Shown piece by piece: positions 28,780 to 37,624 of a DNA stretch of 51,307 bases (its first letter is position 1; the number at the start of each line of letters is the position of its first letter). The stretch is from a virus (taxonomy: Duplodnaviria; Caudoviricetes). The translations under genes were made by a program, and so were the position numbers. The notes beneath the pieces are model-generated. The model made no database searches. It saw only the letters and a program-made list of their open reading frames with translations, and had not been told where the DNA came from. The stretch covers positions 1-51,307 of IMG/VR virus record IMGVR_UViG_3300027987_000471. The stretch is one strand, 5' to 3'.

Positions 28780-28959
28780 ATGAGCTACACTAAAAATGTG
28801 ACATTATGGTGCGATGGAGTCGAGTGTTATGCCTGGATTAACGGTATGTCTACCACTGTAGAAATAGCCCGAATACGCGCACAAAGAGAAGAATCTTGGG
28901 TATATTCTAAAGGTAAAGATTATTGTCATCGTTGTGCAAAGGAAAAAGGCCTAAGATGA
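28780..28959 (+). CDS. Zn-finger paralogue 1 (59 aa, not in the ORF track)
   Basis: MSYTKNVTLWCDGVEC...W..SKGKDYCHRCAKEKGLR; AGGAGG RBS. Confidence 0.75.
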   Translation: MSYTKNVTLWCDGVECYAWINGMSTTVEIARIRAQREESWVYSKGKDYCHRCAKEKGLR

Positions 28960-29168
28960 CCTACTCTAAACCAGTTTTTATAATCTGCGAAGGTGAAAAA
29001 TGCGGCGCTAGATTTTACGCTAGAGATACTTTTAGCGTAAACGCTGCGAGAGAAAAAGCCAAAAAAGCCGGTTGGTATTATGGACAGCATGAAAAAAGTG
29101 GCGCTTTTTGCGTTAGATATAAATATGACTATTGTCCAGATTGTGCGAAAGAGTTAGGCCTAAAATGA
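28956..29168 (+). CDS. Zn-finger paralogue 2
   Basis: ATGA-coupled start; ICEGEKC...GW...DYCPDCAKELGLK. Confidence 0.75.
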   Translation: MTYSKPVFIICEGEKCGARFYARDTFSVNAAREKAKKAGWYYGQHEKSGAFCVRYKYDYCPDCAKELGLK

Positions 29169-29455
29169 CGAAGCAAGATGCTGTTTTTCATTTATCGCGA
29201 ATTCGACAGGCGCCGCTTGATCATGAGCTTGTTGCCAATATCGACACGGAAACTGTTTATGCCTACGCTGCAAATCCTTGTCGAATTTTGCTCGCACCGG
29301 AGATCTCAATCGGCACAGTCCAAGATTGGCTGGACGCGATGGACGATGCCGAGATAGGCGACACGGATTATGAGCTTTTCAAAACCATGCTAGAAGGCGC
29401 TAAAGACCTGATCGATGACCAAATCTATATGGATAGAATGGAGAGTTGGCTATGA
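29165..29455 (+). CDS. Hypothetical protein
   Basis: ATGA-coupled start at 29165. Confidence 0.6.
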   Translation: MTKQDAVFHLSRIRQAPLDHELVANIDTETVYAYAANPCRILLAPEISIGTVQDWLDAMDDAEIGDTDYELFKTMLEGAKDLIDDQIYMDRMESWL

Positions 29456-29685
29456 AACCGATACTCGAATCAAAAAACGGATCGTGGAAGCAAAACAAGC
29501 ACCAAAAAGCCGCTGAGCGCTATTTTAAATCTATGTCTTGGGGCGCTATCAGCGATATGGCCGATCAACTTGTTTTGGGAGAATTCGACAAATTGGATTG
29601 GTTTGACGAAGAAAAAGATCCTATATTCATTCGACACCTAACCGATTTAGTCATGGAGGCCGATGAATTCGGACCGGAGTGGTAA
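29452..29685 (+). CDS. Hypothetical protein
   Basis: ATGA-coupled start with GGAGAG RBS. Confidence 0.6.
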   Translation: MKPILESKNGSWKQNKHQKAAERYFKSMSWGAISDMADQLVLGEFDKLDWFDEEKDPIFIRHLTDLVMEADEFGPEW

Positions 29686-29686
29686 A

Positions 29687-29899
29687 ATGAGCATAGGTAC
29701 CTATTTCGAAATACGTTGTGACGCGCCTGTCGATATAGGCCTACGTGAGCACATCAGATGTCCAATGGTTCTACATGTTGAAACTTTAAATGCCGCTACT
29801 GCCGTGCTATATGCAGAACATTGTGGCTGGCGTTTTAAGAGCGGACATGACTACTGCCCAGAATGTGCGAGAAAGTTAGATCTAAAATGCCAAAACTAA
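29687..29899 (+). CDS. Zn-finger paralogue 3
   Basis: IRCD...RC...GW..KSGHDYCPECARKLDLK. Confidence 0.7.
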   Translation: MSIGTYFEIRCDAPVDIGLREHIRCPMVLHVETLNAATAVLYAEHCGWRFKSGHDYCPECARKLDLKCQN

Positions 29900-30165
29900 G
29901 ATTTTTCGGCGGAATTGAGGACAAAAAAGAACATTACGTTGATGCGTCAGCAGAGGCCTTTGCTAAACGTGACGGAGAAGACTATTACTGCTATAACAAA
30001 AGGCGTGTCTCTTTTTGGTACGGAAACAAGCGCTATTTATGTGAATACATGGTTAAGGCAGATCTAGATTCCGAAAAGCTTAAAGAAATCAACATGGCTT
30101 TAGCCTCTATAAACAACATCGATATAGTGAAGATAGTTTTTAGCGAAGGGTGCTACCCGCAGTAA
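29887..30165 (+). CDS. Hypothetical protein
   Basis: The ATG lies in the conserved 3' end of paralogue 3. Confidence 0.55.
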   Translation: MPKLRFFGGIEDKKEHYVDASAEAFAKRDGEDYYCYNKRRVSFWYGNKRYLCEYMVKADLDSEKLKEINMALASINNIDIVKIVFSEGCYPQ

Positions 30166-30175
30166 GGAGTACAAA

Positions 30176-30409
30176 ATGAAAATTGAAATCGATACTGAGC
30201 AAGTTTGGAAAGTAATCGAGTCTATGTTGGATTTTCCTTTAGCACAAATTTGTAGGCACAATGTGATTTGTACTGTCGCCTCAACTCTTTTTGATGACAA
30301 TGGCATCTATAAGGACAACAAGGACTATGCCGATTTTTGTAAACATGTAGTTTGGGCACATGATTTCCAGGCAATTGAGTTTATGAAAAAAATAAGGAGG
30401 ATGAAATGA
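30176..30409 (+). CDS. Hypothetical protein
   Basis: TAAGGAG RBS. Confidence 0.65.
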   Translation: MKIEIDTEQVWKVIESMLDFPLAQICRHNVICTVASTLFDDNGIYKDNKDYADFCKHVVWAHDFQAIEFMKKIRRMK

Positions 30410-30684
30410 AAAAAGATAAAACAAAATTTAATCATGTCTTCGAAAGCCATAATTTTAAGCTCCTAAATGAGCAGTGGGTTTTTAAATTTGAAAACGGATA
30501 CGGTGCCTCTGTCGTTAGAGGACCCTACACTTATGGTGGATCTGAAGGCCTCTACGAATTGGCAGTTCTTAGCAAAGATGGCTTTATAGACTATACAACA
30601 CCTATAACAGACGACGTAGAAGGCCATCTAAACGAAGCTGACGTAGAGCGGCTGCTAGACTCCATAAAAAAGCTGCCGGAATGA
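30406..30684 (+). CDS. Conserved phage protein of unknown function
   Basis: FENGYGASVV...YGG..GLYELAVL...Y.TPIT.DV.G.L is a widespread phage motif. Confidence 0.75.
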   Translation: MKKDKTKFNHVFESHNFKLLNEQWVFKFENGYGASVVRGPYTYGGSEGLYELAVLSKDGFIDYTTPITDDVEGHLNEADVERLLDSIKKLPE

Positions 30685-31181
30685 AAAAGCTACTGATAGC
30701 CTGCTTTGTTTTTCTTTTGGCTTGCGAGGAAGACGGTAGGCTATATATTGACAATAACTGCAATGCCGACGAAGTAAGAGCTATCTACACCGGCGCGGAT
30801 AAAATAAACAGAGCCGCGGGCTACGAAAGAATAGAGATCGGAGGCATCAGAAAAATAAAAAATAGCGACATCCTAAACGATGGCCTAGATTCTATAACGT
30901 GTCTAGACGACAACCCCGGCGACGAAAGGCACACAGGCGAAGCTTTCGCCAGCGACATCCTTTTGTACAGAGACAATATCGCTAATTACAATGTTTTGCT
31001 GGCGGTTGTTATCCATGAGATGGTGCATTATATTGCACAAGGACGACGAATAAACCTAAGTTTTGTTGACGAAGAAGAGCATATAGACAACGAAAATTGT
31101 ATAATGTGGGAGTATGTTGACGAAAACCCACCGGACGATTTTTGTGAAGAAGACATCGAGTTTATAAGGAGTGTAACATGA
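30681..31181 (+). CDS. Lipoprotein with HExxH zinc-metalloprotease motif
   Basis: MKKLLIACFVFLLA-C lipobox; VIHEMVH...H...CIM (Met-turn-like). Confidence 0.7.
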   Translation: MKKLLIACFVFLLACEEDGRLYIDNNCNADEVRAIYTGADKINRAAGYERIEIGGIRKIKNSDILNDGLDSITCLDDNPGDERHTGEAFASDILLYRDNIANYNVLLAVVIHEMVHYIAQGRRINLSFVDEEEHIDNENCIMWEYVDENPPDDFCEEDIEFIRSVT

Positions 31182-31384
31182 ACAAAAGAGAAGAAGCGGC
31201 GGTTTTTGAGCTGTCTCGCTTGACTATAGCGCTGGATAAGCTGAAAAAGTCTAATAAAGTGCCCCCAGAAATTTTGGAGCATTTAGAGGCTAAAGTGCAA
31301 ACAATGCGAAACGCTATCGAACCGGCGCTTTTGGCGCTGTTTGATCAAGCGGCCGCTAAAGACTACGATGAAGAAGAGAATTAA
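31178..31384 (+). CDS. Hypothetical protein
   Basis: ATGA-coupled with AGGAG RBS. Confidence 0.6.
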   Translation: MNKREEAAVFELSRLTIALDKLKKSNKVPPEILEHLEAKVQTMRNAIEPALLALFDQAAAKDYDEEEN

Positions 31385-31396
31385 AAGGCGCTAAAA

Positions 31397-31615
31397 ATGT
31401 TTAAAATCAAACGTTGGATGATGATAAGGTGGGCTGAGGGCGAAATCATGGAAAGGAATGAAGATAGCTGTATTGTTGTCGACGAATTGGCGTGTGAAGA
31501 AGCCGAGCGCAGATTAAATATAGGTGAAACAATCGGTTTAATGGATAACAACTATAACGTTGTCTCCACCTTATCATTAACAGATGAGGGGTACGTAGAG
31601 AAGAAACATGATTGA
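31397..31615 (+). CDS. Hypothetical protein
   Basis: In operon. Confidence 0.55.
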   Translation: MFKIKRWMMIRWAEGEIMERNEDSCIVVDELACEEAERRLNIGETIGLMDNNYNVVSTLSLTDEGYVEKKHD

Positions 31616-31663
31616 AGTATTTACTATTTCTATATTGATTGTTTGGCTGTTGTCCAAACTATA

Positions 31664-31692
31664 TTGACTTTTACCTAAACTAAACGTAATTT
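31664..31692 (+). promoter_or_regulatory. Putative promoter for the primase operon
   Basis: TTGACT-17-TAATTT followed by AAGGAGG; degenerate operator TAAACG-T-AATTTA. Confidence 0.5.
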
Positions 31693-31714
31693 AAATACAG
31701 CAAGGAGGCGGCGC

Positions 31715-31948
31715 ATGAGCAACAAAGAAGCTACGCATAAAAGACGTGCAATACAGTATCTAACTTTGAGAGTAACTCCTACTGAAGCAAGTAGATCTGT
31801 AATGCTTAGGCAAACGCTCAAATACTGGTACGCCTCTGACGGTCTTCGCTATTCGAAAAATGGCGGATGGACAAAAAATAAATACAGTAGCATCTACACG
31901 TGGCGTTTAGATCTAGAAAGTATAGAAGAAATAACATCGGAGGTTTGA
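31715..31948 (+). CDS. Hypothetical protein
   Basis: AAGGAGG RBS. Confidence 0.65.
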   Translation: MSNKEATHKRRAIQYLTLRVTPTEASRSVMLRQTLKYWYASDGLRYSKNGGWTKNKYSSIYTWRLDLESIEEITSEV

Positions 31949-31951
31949 TTA

Positions 31952-32149
31952 ATGGGAGCGCTTAACACAGAAAAGATGAAAAAAACGGACAATAAAATGT
32001 TCATGTTGCGATTGACTGGTGAGCAGTACAATCTTCTCCTGGCTTGGGTAAAGCGCCAAAAAGACAACGGCCTGGCGGCCGACGGCAGATCCTACTTCGT
32101 AGAAATGCAGAAAGCGTTCCACGATCAGTTTATGGAGTTGTCTAGATAG
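31952..32149 (+). CDS. Small putative DNA-binding protein (ribbon-helix-helix-like)
   Basis: GGAGG RBS; KMFMLRLT.EQY..L strand-helix start. Confidence 0.5.
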   Translation: MGALNTEKMKKTDNKMFMLRLTGEQYNLLLAWVKRQKDNGLAADGRSYFVEMQKAFHDQFMELSR

Positions 32150-32184
32150 ACATGACGGCATAAGATCAAGCGGAAGGAGGTCTC

Positions 32185-34596
32185 ATGGATGTCTATCTTT
32201 TCGACAATATAAACTCGCCGCCCGCCGAAAAAGTAAGCGGAAATCCATCTGAAATACTTGATATTTTTGGGGACGAAGAGAAGTGCCCATCTGTTCTATG
32301 CAAAACAGAAGCGGACAAGCTCCGCGGTGCCGGTTTTGTTATAGCCAAGTACAAAGAGGGAAGTAGGACTAGAAAAATATCAGATTTAGCGCTGGATTCT
32401 TCTGTTCAAATACTGGTCTTGGATATAGATAATATCAACTTCGATCAGTTAGCAGAAGCTTGGCCGATTCTGTCGTCTTACGATTCTGTAGTCTATTCCA
32501 CATGGAAGCACACTCCAGACAATCCTAGAATTCGTTATATGGTGGCCTTGGATAAACCTGTACCTAACACCAACAAGAAACATTTTGAGGCAGTCTATCA
32601 AGCCGTGTCTCGGGCGCTAAAACTGCCCTACGATAAGCAAGCCAGCGATAGAGTGCGCTTCTTCCTCGGGCCTCAGCATCGAATAGAAGGAACACAAGAA
32701 CGGTATAGATTCAAAGGTCCACCTTTTCCGATATCGAAGATAGACGTAGCCGCAAGCGCCGCGGCTACTGAGAGAGACGAAACAGAGGCAGATGATGAAT
32801 TCCAAGTTACTGGAGACCGCCCAAAAAAGCAAGAACTAAAAAATCTGGCAAAAAAACTTCGGGATTCTCCTGTGCCGGCCTACAAAAAAATAGCAACTGC
32901 CGTCGAAGCTATATTGAGGGGCGAAAGCTACGCTCCGAAGGGTAGCCGGCACGCTACTACCCTAAAAGTAACTATGGAGTTGGTCAAAAAGTGGCCGCAA
33001 TTGGACGCTGAATGGTTTGCCGCGGAATACCTAGAGGCGGAATGTTGGCCCGAAATGTGGGCCGGCGAAGAAGCCGCTGCGATGCCTGATTGGTTGGGCT
33101 GCGTAAACGGCGCTCGAGAGAGAATAGCCGAATCTGAGGCCATGGCGGCTACTTTATCCAAGATGTTGGATCGATCCACTAAGGATGTCCCATTTTCCGC
33201 TTTAGGGGACAGAATAGGTAAGCTTATTCTAGCTCACGGCAACAGCTTCTATGTCTGGGATTTAGAGAAAAAAACATACACTGGGCCTTGGCCTGGAATA
33301 ACGCTACCAGTAGTTGTCCGAAATCAGCTAGGAAAAATAGAAGGTCTCAAGGAATTCAAAGAGACTAAAAGAGGTCGAACGATGAAGTCGCCTACCGAGC
33401 TGTGTCACGAATACGGAACCACGATCAAAGAAGTAATATTCTACCCAAATGATCCGCCTACAGTTCAAGACGAAGATACTCTATATCTGAAAGCTTATGA
33501 TTGGATTGCTTGGGAGCCTAAATTCCATCAGATAGCTGAGGAGCTTCTGATAGCCGTGGCGGGCCTTAGAGCCGAAGATCTTTTCGCCTATCTGTCTCAA
33601 TTTAGAAATCTGAATCAGCCGCTGCCGGCGCTAACTCTAGTCGGTGGGCCTGGTGTTTGGAAATCCCGAATCATGGAAATACTAGGCCGTTTCTGGACAG
33701 ACAAGGAGGTCAGTCACACAAATCGCGCCGAACATGCTCTTGCGAAACACAACACATGCCTCCTGAAAAACCCTACAATATGGTCTGATGAGCAACTAGT
33801 AAAGACTCCGATGGGTAAAGACCAACCAGAACTTTACAGGCATAGCATAACATCTCGAGTGCAGTTTATAGAACCGAAGGGGCTACCGATTGTCGCTTTG
33901 AAAACCGCGGCTCGGCATCTTGTTTCGGTAAACAGAGATAGTCACGTCTTCAGCTCTGAAGTCGATGCCGACTCTATTGTGGCGACAATGGAGCGCTTTT
34001 TATTGATTCACGTGAACGAGCCCGCAGTGGCAGCTTTTGAGGCGAAATGGGCAGGAACGGACGAACTTAATGTATTACGTGAGGGATCGTCTCTTTTAGA
34101 ATACATCAGATTTATTGAGGAAAACACCAACTTCAAGAGCGAAGGGCGTCTATTTGTTGCTCCTAGAGTAGATATGTCGGTATTGATGCGCAGCCGTTTC
34201 CGAAACGATATGTTGAATTATTTATGGCAGATCGCCCTAGACGCTATCGATTTCGAAACGCGCACATCGGTTCCTGGCCACATAGATAGGCTGCCTCTTG
34301 TAGTGGACCACTTAGGAAAGCTGCGCATATCTCCCGGGCGCTTACACAAGCTTTGGGCTACCTCTAAGGTTGTCGCCGGCTCGGGTCTGAAAAGGCCTAC
34401 CACGCAGCACATAGGACACCTGCTGACGCAAGCAGGATTCAAAAAGCACCGAAACGAACGCGCGACCAAGGCACCTACCGGTGGCTGGGAAGTAAATCTA
34501 AACACTTTCAAAGACTTTATGGAAGTTTCTGAAGTGATGAGCTGGGATGATTTTGTCTCTGCATGTTTAAAGGTATTCGGAAAGGAGCCAAAATGA
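32185..34596 (+). CDS. Primase-helicase (AEP-like N-terminus, P-loop NTPase C-terminus)
   Basis: VLDID and YSTWKH....PR.R motifs; Walker A-like GGPGVWKS, Walker B IWSDE, IEPKG and ERF. Confidence 0.82.
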   Translation: MDVYLFDNINSPPAEKVSGNPSEILDIFGDEEKCPSVLCKTEADKLRGAGFVIAKYKEGSRTRKISDLALDSSVQILVLDIDNINFDQLAEAWPILSSYDSVVYSTWKHTPDNPRIRYMVALDKPVPNTNKKHFEAVYQAVSRALKLPYDKQASDRVRFFLGPQHRIEGTQERYRFKGPPFPISKIDVAASAAATERDETEADDEFQVTGDRPKKQELKNLAKKLRDSPVPAYKKIATAVEAILRGESYAPKGSRHATTLKVTMELVKKWPQLDAEWFAAEYLEAECWPEMWAGEEAAAMPDWLGCVNGARERIAESEAMAATLSKMLDRSTKDVPFSALGDRIGKLILAHGNSFYVWDLEKKTYTGPWPGITLPVVVRNQLGKIEGLKEFKETKRGRTMKSPTELCHEYGTTIKEVIFYPNDPPTVQDEDTLYLKAYDWIAWEPKFHQIAEELLIAVAGLRAEDLFAYLSQFRNLNQPLPALTLVGGPGVWKSRIMEILGRFWTDKEVSHTNRAEHALAKHNTCLLKNPTIWSDEQLVKTPMGKDQPELYRHSITSRVQFIEPKGLPIVALKTAARHLVSVNRDSHVFSSEVDADSIVATMERFLLIHVNEPAVAAFEAKWAGTDELNVLREGSSLLEYIRFIEENTNFKSEGRLFVAPRVDMSVLMRSRFRNDMLNYLWQIALDAIDFETRTSVPGHIDRLPLVVDHLGKLRISPGRLHKLWATSKVVAGSGLKRPTTQHIGHLLTQAGFKKHRNERATKAPTGGWEVNLNTFKDFMEVSEVMSWDDFVSACLKVFGKEPK

Positions 34597-34919
34597 GCAA
34601 TTTAGATTTTTATCACGCCTACCTAGAAGGCCAAAAAGCTGCCTCTTTCTTGGCAGAACGCGCATCACAAGCAGGGCTGTTGTTGAGAGAGCTAGAGAGT
34701 TGTCTGCCAAACAACATAAATTTAAACAGAATTAATTCGACTACTTGGAGCATAAGGTTACGCTCTAAAGAAGGAAAACTTTTAGGCTTCGCGACCGCCA
34801 GAATATACGATAAAACTTATACGCTTCAGTATCTAGAAGACATAAAGACAGGATCAAGCGTTGGTGATTTCAGAGATCTTTTACTAGAAATGCTAGAAAA
34901 CCCAAAAATGCACTACTAG
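34593..34919 (+). CDS. Hypothetical protein
   Basis: AAGGAG RBS and ATGA coupling at 34593. Confidence 0.65.
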   Translation: MSNLDFYHAYLEGQKAASFLAERASQAGLLLRELESCLPNNINLNRINSTTWSIRLRSKEGKLLGFATARIYDKTYTLQYLEDIKTGSSVGDFRDLLLEMLENPKMHY

Positions 34920-34932
34920 GAGCCGAAGTAAC

Positions 34933-35103
34933 ATGGACGAATATAAATGCGAAAACTGCAAAGAGCAGATGCTTTTGCTGGATGAAGAAGACTGGATATT
35001 ATGGTGCCCAAACTGCGGCGCTTTAGCAGGCATTATAGGCCAAGTTTTCGTGACAAAAATACCTGAAAAATCTAAACCAGATTTAGACAAAAATAAAAAA
35101 TAA
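34933..35103 (+). CDS. 56-aa Zn-ribbon protein (not in the ORF track)
   Basis: AGGAG RBS; CENC...WCPNCG. Confidence 0.6.
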   Translation: MDEYKCENCKEQMLLLDEEDWILWCPNCGALAGIIGQVFVTKIPEKSKPDLDKNKK

Positions 35104-35985
35104 AATTTTACAACGACACTGCACTGCCTCTCTAGAAATCTGAAATCATTAACAAATAAATTGAGGGCCTATTCAAGCTATTGTAATTATTACGTTAAAC
35201 ATATAATGTAATTGTTACAGTATTTATGCGCACACAAACGTTGCATATATGCTATTTTTTGTTATGATATACCACATATGCAATGTGTAAATTTTACGAA
35301 TTATTTTAATTTTATGCTCTATATTATTCGCCAAAAAATACAAAAAACACCTGCCTCATATGAATTTTGTAAATTTATTATTTTTTATGACTTATTTGTT
35401 TTTCTATATGTACTGTAATAATTACAATAATATACCAAATACAATAAAATCAAGCACTTGAATAGGCCCGCAATTTATTTTCTAATGATTTCAGATTTTT
35501 ACAATTTTTATTTCGCCTATAAAAAATGTATCGGGCCTATTAATTAATATCTGGTTTAGATCAATAGGCCCAATTTATTTTCTATAGATATCAGCAAGTT
35601 AGCCTGCTATTTTGCAACATGCACTAAATGCCAAATATACAATTAGGCCTAGATAAAAACTAACGATTACAATGTGTTACATTCGATACGGGCCTATTGG
35701 CCTATTGCTAATAATTCGTATGAGGAAAATTATAAAAATTTTATATAATAAAAAAAGATCACGCAAAATCGCATGTGTGTTTTTTTCCTGAAGGGGAGTA
35801 TATAGCAATAGGCCAATAGGCCCTAATCATATCTATGTAGCCGTTATTGTTAATTTAATTCAGGGCCGATAGGGTTTGGCTCAATAGGCCTCAATAGGCC
35901 AACACTACGGAATTATTATGTTTTCATTTACTTCAATAGGCCAACTACTTGAAATTATTATATTTGAGCTTTTTGGAGTGAAAGT
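35104..35985. other. AT-rich non-coding region with nested inverted repeats; putative replication origin
   Basis: Longest gene-free stretch, downstream of the primase-helicase; about a dozen AATAGGCC/GGCCTATT copies; 42-bp and 21-bp inverted repeats. Confidence 0.65.
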
Positions 35986-35987
35986 TT

Positions 35988-36015
35988 TTGCATTTAAATC
36001 GAGTTGTGTTAAACT
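35988..36015 (+). promoter_or_regulatory. Putative promoter giving a leaderless ASCH mRNA
   Basis: TTGCAT-16-TAAACT with a TG extension; ATG 7 nt downstream and no SD. Confidence 0.5.
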
Positions 36016-36022
36016 GGTCGGT

Positions 36023-36526
36023 ATGAAGGTCTTGTCAATCAGAAATCCTGAGGCCTATTTGGTCGCGTTCGGCCTGAAAGACGTCGAAAATCGGACATGG
36101 TCTACAGATTATCGAGGAACCGTCCAAATCCACTGTAGCGGTCAACAGTCGTTTGTGTGGCCAGATTCGGACTGGTTGCCGGACGAGGTAAAGAGGATCG
36201 TTCAGGCGGCGATAGATGACGGTACACCGTACGGAGAGCTGCATCGGTACGCTAGAGGCTACGAGGATATGTGTCGGCACGCAGAAGCGGTTCTAGGCGT
36301 CTCAGAAGAGCCAGGAGCTGGTTTTGTAGATGTGCTGAAAAGAGCGTCCATTTTGCCTTTTGTAAATAAAGCAGTCGTAGGACAGTTCGATCTGGTTGAT
36401 ATTGTTAGAGATTCTATGTCTCCGTGGGCACAGGAAGGCTGCTATCATTGGCTAGTAGAAAATCCAGTAGCTTATGATGAGCCTGAGATAGGAGTAAAAG
36501 GCAAACTGCGGTTGTGGAACCGTTAA
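36023..36526 (+). CDS. ASCH domain protein
   Basis: MKVLSIRNPEA.LV..G.KDVENRTW.T.YRG...IH and C-terminal KGKLRLW; start reassigned to 36023. Confidence 0.9.
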   Translation: MKVLSIRNPEAYLVAFGLKDVENRTWSTDYRGTVQIHCSGQQSFVWPDSDWLPDEVKRIVQAAIDDGTPYGELHRYARGYEDMCRHAEAVLGVSEEPGAGFVDVLKRASILPFVNKAVVGQFDLVDIVRDSMSPWAQEGCYHWLVENPVAYDEPEIGVKGKLRLWNR

Positions 36527-36536
36527 GGAGCAGACA
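36461..36536 (+). repeat. 76-bp direct repeat, copy 1 (ASCH 3' end + RBS)
   Basis: 72/76 identical to 37082-37157. Confidence 0.95.
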
Positions 36537-36541
36537 CGAAA

Positions 36542-37147
36542 ATGACCGGATTGGTTAATAGAATGATAACAGCTCCGTATCCAATAAAGCACGCAGTTCG
36601 TTTTGTTGAGCAGACTCATCGCAGGCTTAAACATGCCCACCACCGTATGTGGGCAATCAGTCTATGGGTAGATGGGCAACTTCGGGGAGTGGCGTTGGTA
36701 GGCGCACCAAAAGCTAGGAAATTGGGTGTAGAACAGAAGGACAGACCATATCCGCCCGCTTATGACCGGCTGGAAGTAGTGAGAGTTGCTGTAGAGGAAG
36801 GAGTTCCTAATGGGTGTTCGATGCTGTACGGGGCATGTGCCCGCGCATCTCGCGCCATGGGCGTGTTAGACTTGCTCACTTACACAGATGAGGATGAGCC
36901 AGGAACAAGTCTTCGAGCTGCTGGTTGGATAGAAGATGATGGGCTTTTTGGAGGAGGTCAGGCCGCGCGACCGGCACGTCCACGCAGGATACGTACAGAG
37001 CAAGAAGCACAAATGCGTAAGAGATGGTGGGCTCCGTGGTCTCAGTCTGTCAAACAAAAAGATTTAACTTCCAAAGGAGGCAATCCAGTAGCTTATGATG
37101 AGCCTGAGATAGGCGTGAAAGGTAAACTGCGGTTATGGAACCGTTAA
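36542..37147 (+). CDS. XF1762-family / Mom-like GNAT-fold protein (candidate DNA base-modifying enzyme)
   Basis: FV...HR, GVA.VG.P.AR, LEV.RV, N.CSMLYGA..R...AMG, TYT...E.GTSLRAAGW and RKRW motifs. Confidence 0.75.
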   Translation: MTGLVNRMITAPYPIKHAVRFVEQTHRRLKHAHHRMWAISLWVDGQLRGVALVGAPKARKLGVEQKDRPYPPAYDRLEVVRVAVEEGVPNGCSMLYGACARASRAMGVLDLLTYTDEDEPGTSLRAAGWIEDDGLFGGGQAARPARPRRIRTEQEAQMRKRWWAPWSQSVKQKDLTSKGGNPVAYDEPEIGVKGKLRLWNR

Positions 37148-37157
37148 GGAGCAGACA
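37082..37157 (+). repeat. 76-bp direct repeat, copy 2
   Basis: Encodes the same 21 aa (NPVAYDEPEIGVKGKLRLWNR), stop and RBS as copy 1. Confidence 0.95.
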
Positions 37158-37486
37158 TGAAAATGGTTAGTGTACTTGTTTTGTTGATTTCGATTTTGGG
37201 TTGTGGCGGCGAGCCGTTGCAGTTGCCTAAAGTATCAATTCATACGTGCGATGAGGTAAAAGTGCATCTGCAGGAGATTGGCTGTATGGATTTTGAGCTG
37301 TGTGCTTCGTTGGTTGATGATGCAGTCGAGAAGTACATAACCTCTAGGCTGCCCGAGAATGTTCCGTTTGAGGCGTTTTGTGATATTGCGCTATCGTCCG
37401 GGTTGCTGCCGGTTGACTGTGTTATGCAGGCGGCGAAACCGGAAGAGGTTGTGGATTGTGGCAAATTGATGGCGCCCAAAAAATAA
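37157..37486 (+). CDS. Cys-rich lipoprotein
   Basis: MKMVSVLVLLISILG-C lipobox and six further Cys. Confidence 0.7.
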   Translation: MKMVSVLVLLISILGCGGEPLQLPKVSIHTCDEVKVHLQEIGCMDFELCASLVDDAVEKYITSRLPENVPFEAFCDIALSSGLLPVDCVMQAAKPEEVVDCGKLMAPKK

Positions 37487-37544
37487 TTTTGTGTTATTAT
37501 TAGTATGCTGAAGCGCTAAAACATCAGCAGAAAGGAGGCCCGTT

Positions 37545-37622
37545 ATGGATAGAAATCGCTCTCTTAGAGCCGGTCTTGCTGCTATTGGGCAAGGCAGTTC
37601 CGGCAGAGCAAGCAGGAAGTAG
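37545..37622 (+). CDS. 25-aa Arg/Gly-rich micropeptide A (MDRNRSLRAGLAAIGQGSSGRASRK)
   Basis: Strong AAAGGAGG RBS; not in the ORF track; paralogous to the next ORF. Confidence 0.7.
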   Translation: MDRNRSLRAGLAAIGQGSSGRASRK

Positions 37623-37624
37623 CA

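Noticed and set aside
35212-35418. 68-aa ORF in the AT-rich region, and the N-terminal extension of ASCH from 35918
   Set aside because: No RBS, low-complexity translation and overlap with the repeat structure. The ASCH motif begins at 36023.
35104-35985. CRISPR array
   Set aside because: The repeats are short, occur in both orientations and are irregularly spaced, with no constant repeat-spacer period.
36461-37157. Diversity-generating retroelement template/variable repeat pair
   Set aside because: The differences are not adenine-specific (C/T and G/A occur), all are synonymous, and no reverse transcriptase is present.
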